From assembly GCA_012511845.1 (NCBI GenBank), contig JAAZFF010000052.1, forward strand, positions 1 through 31,340: a stretch of 31,340 nucleotides of DNA. The letters are read 5' to 3'. The notes beneath the pieces are model-generated. The model did no database searches and had not been told where the DNA came from. It saw only the letters and a program-made list of their open reading frames with translations. The translations under genes were made by a program, and so were the position numbers. Shown in pieces: positions 25,467-31,340 of this stretch. Within the stretch, counting starts at the first letter, position 1; each line of letters begins with the position of its first letter. Source of the stretch: Lentisphaerota bacterium (lineage in GTDB: Bacteria > Verrucomicrobiota > Kiritimatiellia > RFP12 > UBA3636).

Positions 25467-25587
25467 AAAGTGATTTAATTCCAGTGGTTGAAGTCGAAAA
25501 GTTAAACACAACACTTTACAAAAATCAGGTAAATTCGCCTGTTTCGCGACCTCGAAACCGTTCTGACTCGTCGGGAGGAGAGAGAGT

Positions 25588-25793
25588 GTAGGGAGACGCT
25601 CACCCGGCTTCGAATCCTACATCGGGGCAAGCCGGGCGCAGAGCTTATGTTCTGCAGATTGTAGCTCGAACATTTCGGTCTGTGCCCGTTTGCTATGTGG
25701 CTGCTGAGCACTGGGACCGCGAGGCTCCGTACTCGCATCATGGCAGCGGCGAGGCCGCCCTCTATCTGTGTCCATTAGCGTTTGTCTGTGGTT
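25588..25793. repeat. Intergenic mosaic repeat block 5
   Basis: 25604-25634 matches 19041-19071 at 28/31. 25637-25694 matches the reverse complement of 19495-19552 at 49/58. 25705-25731 matches the reverse complement of 12508-12534 at 24/27. A decamer module lies at 25764-25793. Confidence 0.88.
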
Positions 25794-25794
25794 C

Positions 25795-26868
25795 TTATTT
25801 GCCTGCGGCTGCAATGGAATCACGCAATACCAGTTCCGGTTCGACAATGCGTGCGGTGTGTTCATGTTCTTTTTTACGCAGCCGATTTTCGAATCGTTCT
25901 TCTGCTATCTTTATGGCGCGCTCGGCAGCAAACATTCCAAGTTTCCGAAAAGGTTGCTTTACGCAGGAAAGTTCCGGTGAGAAAAACTGACATAACGGAC
26001 TGTCATCAATACCGATCATGGAAATATCTTCAGGCATTCTGATGCCGTTTAAAACGAGCTCATTTAGAACGAGCAGCAGGGAAGTTTCCGAGAAACCAAT
26101 GATAGCAGTAGGTCTTTGCTCAGGAGGCATCGCCATTATTCGTGAAGCTATGTTTGCTGCCGACTGATGCAAGTCAAGGTTGCCATCCGGCATAAATATC
26201 ATCGAGGGATCTATATGCAACCCGATTTCAGTAAATGCCTTTTTAAAACCTTCAAGGCGAAGGGCAGAATCTTCTCCGGACATGTTTCCTGGAGAGCCTA
26301 TGCAGCCAATTCGCCTATGCGAAAATTTTGCAAGTTCAAGTACAGCAAGTCGTGATGCCTCAACCTGATCAAAATTCACAACGTCCACACCGGCAGAGCC
26401 GTAGTAGTTTACAGCAACTATGTTTTTATCCGAAGCGGCAAGACGTTCGATCCAGCCTGAATTGTTGTTGGCATGAAGGGCTATAAGACCGTCAATCCGG
26501 TGAGAATTGAATTTTAAATTACACTTGATATCAGGACTGTCATTGTCGTCCATTATAACTACCAGCTCATATGATGATTTGTCACAGACTGATTCTGCAC
26601 CGGAGATGATTTCTCTTTCCCTGTTGAAAGCTGCATCAAATACTGTGTATTCAGGAATATAAATTCCTATATTGTATGAACGCTGTTTTTTCAGTGCCCT
26701 GCTTGCATAATGCTGCGTGTACTCAAGTTCTTCGGCTACACTTAAGATATGTTCACGCAGTTCCGGACTGCAAGAAATGTTTCCGGCTGAATTGTTAACA
26801 ACGTAAGATACTACAGCAATAGAGCAGCCGACTTTGTCGGCTATATCTTTTAAAACTGTTCTTCGCAT
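25795..26868 (-). CDS. LacI family transcriptional regulator
   Basis: HTH LKDIADKVGCSIAVVSYVVN, then IDGLI, GFKKAF and IGIDD..LSCVKQP. ATG 26868 is preferred (the track uses TTG 26883). Confidence 0.92.
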   Translation of the reverse strand: MRRTVLKDIADKVGCSIAVVSYVVNNSAGNISCSPELREHILSVAEELEYTQHYASRALKKQRSYNIGIYIPEYTVFDAAFNREREIISGAESVCDKSSYELVVIMDDNDSPDIKCNLKFNSHRIDGLIALHANNNSGWIERLAASDKNIVAVNYYGSAGVDVVNFDQVEASRLAVLELAKFSHRRIGCIGSPGNMSGEDSALRLEGFKKAFTEIGLHIDPSMIFMPDGNLDLHQSAANIASRIMAMPPEQRPTAIIGFSETSLLLVLNELVLNGIRMPEDISMIGIDDSPLCQFFSPELSCVKQPFRKLGMFAAERAIKIAEERFENRLRKKEHEHTARIVEPELVLRDSIAAAGK

Positions 26869-26886
26869 TTTTCCAGGAGGCAACTT

Positions 26887-28467
26887 TTAAGGAAGAGTTA
26901 CGCTGTGGGCAGTATCTGCCTCAATAGCGTCGGCAATAGATCTGAGCAAGGCGTTTCCGACCTGTTTATTCAGGCTGAGTATTGCCAGAGACCTGCCGGT
27001 TTCTTCATTATGCGGGTTGCGCATATCTTCTATGTTTATGCCGGAATCAGCAAGCATTTTCCCGATTTTTCCGATTACGCCGGGGCGATCTTTATACTCG
27101 AAGAATACTGCTTCAGTTGTGGGTACCCAGTAAAGACGATCAAATTCATTTATTCGTGCAATCATCTTGTGGTGCTCTCCGACAGTACCCCTCACACTTG
27201 ATTTGATAATTTTGTTTTTCTGATTCACTCCAAAAAGGTCAATAGTCATGGAATTGTCGAACGGTTTTCTCGGATCAACTTCCCTGTTGACGTACGTTAC
27301 ACCGTTATCTGCGAGCCATTTCATTGCCAGATCATAGTCGGTAGAGCGATCTATATCGTCCCATATACCGCTGAGAAGAGACAGCATCAGCCAGTGTTCA
27401 TACGGAGCCAGATGTCCATAAAAGCTTGTTTCTATTCGATTAATTATGGTTGATTTACCCAGCAAACCTCTAGCCAGCGCTGCAAGTGTACAGGCAAGAT
27501 CGCAGTACGAGGGGTCGAGATCCTGGGGTATGTCACGGTTTACTATAAAACTAGTGATTCCTTTTTCATCGAAATCCACCAGTTGCTCCGCAGAACGTCT
27601 TGCAGCCGTTTCGTTAGCTTCGCGAGTGCTTGCGCCGAGGTGCGGCATCATGATATCGCAGCAATCAGAAATGGTCTTCAACCCTTCTGCATCTTTTTCG
27701 TAAACATCATTGAGGTAGAAAATGCCTTTTTCTGCTTTTACAGCACGAAGGTCTTCTTCAACAATTATACCTGCCCGTGCACAGTTTATCAGTGTTGCAC
27801 CCGGTTTCATCAGGGAGAGCAATTGAGCATTTACGCAGCCGCGTGTGTCGTTATTCTCCGGTATATGCAGGGATATATAGTCGGATTCACGGAAAATTGT
27901 TTCCAGACTTACGCTTTTGATGCCGAACTGATTGGCACGCTCTGCCGGCACCAGGGGGTCGAATCCCAAAAGCCTGCATTCAAAACCGGCGAGTCGCCTT
28001 GCCACAAGTCTGCCGATGTTTCCGAGTCCTACGATCCCGACAGTTTTACCGGTAAGCTCGGTGCCCATAAATTTGTTTTTCTCCCATTTTCCGGCTCTGG
28101 TTGAAGCATCAGCAGCTATGATATGACGCGCATTTGCCAGCATCAGTGCAATTACTTCTTCCGCCACGGCGTTTGCATTTGCGCCCGGAGTATTCATTAC
28201 ATCTATATCACGCTTGCGTGCGGCTTTCGTATCAATGTTATCATAACCTGCACCGGCACGTATTACCACTTTAAGAGATGGGAAGGCGTCGAGCACTTCT
28301 GAAGTGATTTTTTCACTTCTAACAATAAGGGCGTAAGTGTCGGGATGTTTGGAAGCAAGCTCAAGCAGGGAAGCTTCATGATCTTGCAGGACATTATAAT
28401 TGCCGTTAGCCACAAGGATGTCGGAAGCAATTTTGTCTAATTTTGTTGGTATAAGTACCTTTTTCAT
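26887..28467 (-). CDS. serA: D-3-phosphoglycerate dehydrogenase with C-terminal regulatory (ASB/ACT-type) domains
   Basis: RAGAGYDNID, NTPGANANAVAE, GIVGLGNIG, INCARAG, PHLGAST and the ACT motif YKDRPGVIGKIGKMLADSGINI. ATG 28467 is preferred. Confidence 0.88.
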   Translation of the reverse strand: MKKVLIPTKLDKIASDILVANGNYNVLQDHEASLLELASKHPDTYALIVRSEKITSEVLDAFPSLKVVIRAGAGYDNIDTKAARKRDIDVMNTPGANANAVAEEVIALMLANARHIIAADASTRAGKWEKNKFMGTELTGKTVGIVGLGNIGRLVARRLAGFECRLLGFDPLVPAERANQFGIKSVSLETIFRESDYISLHIPENNDTRGCVNAQLLSLMKPGATLINCARAGIIVEEDLRAVKAEKGIFYLNDVYEKDAEGLKTISDCCDIMMPHLGASTREANETAARRSAEQLVDFDEKGITSFIVNRDIPQDLDPSYCDLACTLAALARGLLGKSTIINRIETSFYGHLAPYEHWLMLSLLSGIWDDIDRSTDYDLAMKWLADNGVTYVNREVDPRKPFDNSMTIDLFGVNQKNKIIKSSVRGTVGEHHKMIARINEFDRLYWVPTTEAVFFEYKDRPGVIGKIGKMLADSGINIEDMRNPHNEETGRSLAILSLNKQVGNALLRSIADAIEADTAHSVTLP

Positions 28468-28578
28468 GTTTAAAATCTTACGTATTTTTGGTAATCTACC
28501 CATTTGAAACGGGCGAAATCAGTTTGTGAGAAAACTCATTCAAAGATAAATCATTGTGAGCCCTGAACCAATCAGTAT

Positions 28579-29667
28579 ATGAAAAACGTATTCGTTAAAT
28601 CAATAAAAAATAAATCCGGAGCCGATGTCAGTATTCTGCTTGTCACATTAATTATATTCCTCTTTATTCCCGTTGCAAGCAATGTTTATGGTCGCTCTGC
28701 ACCATCTTCCCGGCCTGCGTCAGGGCACGTTTCTGAGCAATCGTGGAGGGCGAGTGAAAGGGGGGAGGCTGATGCACCGGTGTTCAAAGAGCAGAGGTTT
28801 ATATTCGGCAAGCCATCGAAAAAAAACTCGGCAGCACAGTACGCGCATGCGCAGTCACTTGAGAAAGCCGGGAAGTTTAAATCAGCCCGAAAAGCATATA
28901 ATGCGCTTGTTCATGAATGGGGATCTTCCAAAGAGGCGGCTGATGCACAAATAGGTGTTGCTGTAATGCTCGTAAAAGAACGCAAATATCCTCAAGCATT
29001 TAAGGAATATCAGTATTTTATTGAAAATTATTCAGGTGTGCATACAGGTGATTATCTTGCATACGAAAGTATTATAGAATCGCAATTCGAAATAGCAAAT
29101 GTGATGCGCGGGAAGTTGGAAAAAGGCGGTTTTTTTTCAACACCAAGTTTTAAAATCATAACAAGCATGTATGAAAAGATAATTGATAATGCACCGGAGT
29201 GGAAACGCGCTTCGGAGTGCGCCATGTATGCCGCACTGTGTTATGAAGATCAGCGTGAATACCTGGATGCCATACCTGCGTACGAAGCTCTTGCTGCAAG
29301 GTACCCTTTCAGCAAATTTAAGAATGATGCACTTTACCGTGCCGGATTTTGCAGATATGAAGTTTCTAAAAAATATGCTCGCGATGAACGTACCATGAAT
29401 AATGCTCTGGCAGCTCTCCGGAAGGCAACAATGGCAGATCCGGATAACCCCATGCACAACGAAGCCTCAGCAAGGATTGCCGAGGTTTCGCAGAAACTTG
29501 CAGCCATGAATTTTGAAAAAGCAAGGTTTTACGATGAAATAAGGATGAATCCGGAGGCAGCCATAGTAGCCTATACAGAGTTTATTGAAAAATTCCCGGC
29601 ATCAAAACAAACGGAAACAGCAAAAAAACGCATCTCTCAGATAAAAGCTGAAATGCGGTCAGAATAG
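28579..29667 (+). CDS. bamD: TPR protein, outer membrane assembly factor BamD-like
   Basis: Signal-like N-terminus and multiple TPR-type helical repeats. C-terminal AAMNFEKARFYD..AAIVAYTEFIEKFPAS..A..R, and position directly before lptE. Confidence 0.65.
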   Translation: MKNVFVKSIKNKSGADVSILLVTLIIFLFIPVASNVYGRSAPSSRPASGHVSEQSWRASERGEADAPVFKEQRFIFGKPSKKNSAAQYAHAQSLEKAGKFKSARKAYNALVHEWGSSKEAADAQIGVAVMLVKERKYPQAFKEYQYFIENYSGVHTGDYLAYESIIESQFEIANVMRGKLEKGGFFSTPSFKIITSMYEKIIDNAPEWKRASECAMYAALCYEDQREYLDAIPAYEALAARYPFSKFKNDALYRAGFCRYEVSKKYARDERTMNNALAALRKATMADPDNPMHNEASARIAEVSQKLAAMNFEKARFYDEIRMNPEAAIVAYTEFIEKFPASKQTETAKKRISQIKAEMRSE

Positions 29668-29698
29668 ATTTGATTTAAATAAATAGACAGGAAGTATA

Positions 29699-30244
29699 AT
29701 GCATAAAATAGCGGACAATTTAAAACGATTAGCAATATTTTCAATTTCAATCTTTATATTCGCTTCCATATCCGGATGTGCCAATTATAAATTGGGAACA
29801 ACTCTGGATCCATCGCTTCGTGATGTTTACGTGCCTAACGTTCGAAATGAATCAGGTCAGCCCGGAGTTGAAATTGAAGTGATGCGTGCACTCACCAAAG
29901 AAATTCAAAGAGAGGGGACTTTAAGAATAGTTTCAGAGGAGAATGCCTCTACAAAACTCGAAGTTACTGTAGTAGGATATAAGCAGGATTCGATCAGGTA
30001 TAGCAGCCGTGAATCAAGTCTTTCAGAGGAATACAGAATGGTGTTAACGGCAAATGTTACATTTGCAAGTCTGAATGCCCCGGATCCTTCCAAAGCGATA
30101 ATCGTGCAGAGAGTTTTCGAAGGAGATAAAACTTTCTTGCGTGGCACGGATACGATCACAGCACGTCAGAGATGCCTGCCTTTTGCAGCAGAAGAAGTTG
30201 CAGAGGAAATTATAAATGCCTGTGTCAGTGCATGGGGGTTCTGA
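29699..30244 (+). CDS. lptE: LPS assembly lipoprotein LptE family
   Basis: Lipobox ISG-C followed by NYKLG, VYVPNVRNESGQPGVE and EEYRMVLTANVTF. Confidence 0.8.
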   Translation: MHKIADNLKRLAIFSISIFIFASISGCANYKLGTTLDPSLRDVYVPNVRNESGQPGVEIEVMRALTKEIQREGTLRIVSEENASTKLEVTVVGYKQDSIRYSSRESSLSEEYRMVLTANVTFASLNAPDPSKAIIVQRVFEGDKTFLRGTDTITARQRCLPFAAEEVAEEIINACVSAWGF

Positions 30245-30264
30245 TAAAAAAGAACTCATGCAAC

Positions 30265-30293
30265 AAAAAAGCCCGGCATCAGCCGGGCTTTTT
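30265..30293. terminator. Bidirectional Rho-independent terminator between lptE and rpsT
   Basis: A6-GCCCGGC-ATCA-GCCGGGC-T5. Confidence 0.92.
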
Positions 30294-30339
30294 CTGTTAC
30301 GTAAATAAAATTAACGTCAAACTGAATGCATATATGCTA

Positions 30340-30609
30340 CTATGCTACAGGTGCGTCTCCAAGCTTTGCAAATGCACGAGACTTGCGCCGCGCAGCAGCA
30401 TTCTTGCTTATTGCGCCGACTTTGGCAGCCCTGTCCACTTCCGAACAGAATTCCCTGAAAGCCTTTTCATGCGATGCTGCATCACCGGCAGAAAGTATAT
30501 CCATGAATTTGCGACCTGCAGAGTTGACACGACTTTTGTTGGCAGCATTGCGCTGGCGTTTCACCTCAGAAGTTTTGACACGTTTGATTGCGCTTTTAGT
30601 GTTCGGCAT
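30340..30609 (-). CDS. rpsT: 30S ribosomal protein S20
   Basis: MPNTKSAIKRVKTSEVKRQRN...VDRAAKVGAISKNAAARRKSR, 89 aa, with AGAGGA RBS upstream of ATG 30609. Confidence 0.97.
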   Translation of the reverse strand: MPNTKSAIKRVKTSEVKRQRNAANKSRVNSAGRKFMDILSAGDAASHEKAFREFCSEVDRAAKVGAISKNAAARRKSRAFAKLGDAPVA

Positions 30610-30654
30610 GTTAAGATAATCCTCTTGAAAACTGAATCGATTTGAAAGTGCCGC

Positions 30655-30684
30655 ATAATAGACTAAATATGCATACGAAGTCAA
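30655..30684 (-). promoter_or_regulatory. Putative sigma70 promoter of rpsT
   Basis: TTGACT-18 nt-TATTAT on the minus strand. Confidence 0.65.
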
Positions 30685-30875
30685 CAAAAAAAGGTAACAA
30701 TTACAAAAAAGCGAAGGTTCCCGGCTCTTCCGGCATCAAAACGACAGTTCGAACAGAGAAACACAATGTAAAAACTTCAAGATCTGCAAAGTCAAAAAAG
30801 GCAAAAATATATAATTCACAAGCTTATCCATCAAAAATCGGGCGCTGTATTTTATTTTTTACAGGGTTACTTTTA

Positions 30876-31340
30876 ATGCCATGTTCCGTAGCTTTGCTCA
30901 GAACGTTGCTGAGGTTGAAGATATTTTTTCCTGACACTGCTTTTTTCAGTATATCTTCCGGCGCATTTTATTTTATAACAGGATTTCTGTTGTTCTGCAT
31001 TTTGTATGTAACAGTGCGCATACCGATGAAGCCTTACGTTTTCGGGCATGAACTTACACATGTGATTTTCGGTTTGCTGAAAGGAGCTAAAATCAGCAAT
31101 TTCAAAGTAAACGAAAACGGCGGCAGCGTCAGGGTATCCCGTACAGGCTTGGTGGTACTGCTTGCGCCATATTTTTTCCCAATTTATATGGTGGCTTCGC
31201 TCATAATCTTTGGATTGCTTTCAATTTTCTTTAACCTCGTAGGTACTTTTATCGGCTCTTTCTTTGCCCTTGTTGCCGGCGTTGCCTGGGGGTTTCATTT
31301 CTGCTATACCATTAACAGTTTTTTGCAACCGCAAAGTGAC
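30876..31340 (+). CDS. Membrane protein with HExxH motif (M50-like metallopeptidase), 3'-truncated, start uncertain
   Basis: The frame is open from 30636 to the window end and reads ...YVFGHELTHVIFGLLKGAKISNFKVNENGGSV...LLAPYFFP... Upstream in-frame ATGs are at 30669 and 30876, so the true start may lie upstream of 30876. It is not in the ORF track because it has no stop. Confidence 0.8.
   Translation, partial: MPCSVALLRTLLRLKIFFPDTAFFSISSGAFYFITGFLLFCILYVTVRIPMKPYVFGHELTHVIFGLLKGAKISNFKVNENGGSVRVSRTGLVVLLAPYFFPIYMVASLIIFGLLSIFFNLVGTFIGSFFALVAGVAWGFHFCYTINSFLQPQSD

Noticed and set aside
25541-25558. GTTTCG-6-CGAAAC inverted repeat upstream of pgi as an operator
   Set aside because: The arms are only 6 bp with no second copy in the window. 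Insufficient evidence.
28524-28562. TTGTGAG twice (30 bp apart), resembling a lac operator half-site in the serA/bamD divergent region
   Set aside because: These are half-sites only, with no CG-centred palindrome. Too short to separate from chance.
30610-30687. N-terminal extensions in the ORF track for rpsT (also pgi 25514, serA 28503, DUF2851 15379 and Rrf2 16086)
   Set aside because: Family similarity begins at the downstream ATG, and some extensions overlap predicted promoters.

Overview
Chromosomal window of a Gram-negative, probably anaerobic bacterium. Gene content and style suggest the PVC superphylum (Kiritimatiellia/Lentisphaeria-like), which is inference only. It holds mostly housekeeping and metabolic genes: comF, waaA, an Fe-S nitroreductase, a sugar isomerase plus MDR dehydrogenase pair divergent from a URO-D-family gene, an orphan tadC, eda-nadC-dxs, an SLT lipoprotein with DUF2851, TRIC, Rrf2-FeS-hcp, an M50 protease, ptsP, GT2, pgi, LacI, serA, bamD-like, lptE and rpsT. 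No tRNA, rRNA, CRISPR, integrase or transposase gene was seen. Two things stand out. (1) Five intergenic regions (about 6.3, 7.6, 12.5, 19.0-19.7 and 25.6 kb) are mosaics of the same short modules in different orders and orientations. The modules are GGAG- and GTAG-tagged REP-like hairpins (two GGAG variants show compensatory changes around a fixed tandem GA mismatch), 7-bp CAGTGG arrays, CGCAGAG repeats and a recurring CAAGCC junction motif. No cognate mobilising gene is in the window. (2) pgi has a one-base frameshift that removes the conserved GVELGK lysine, while the canonical C-terminus is intact in the shifted frame. All alignments were done by eye and no database searches were run.
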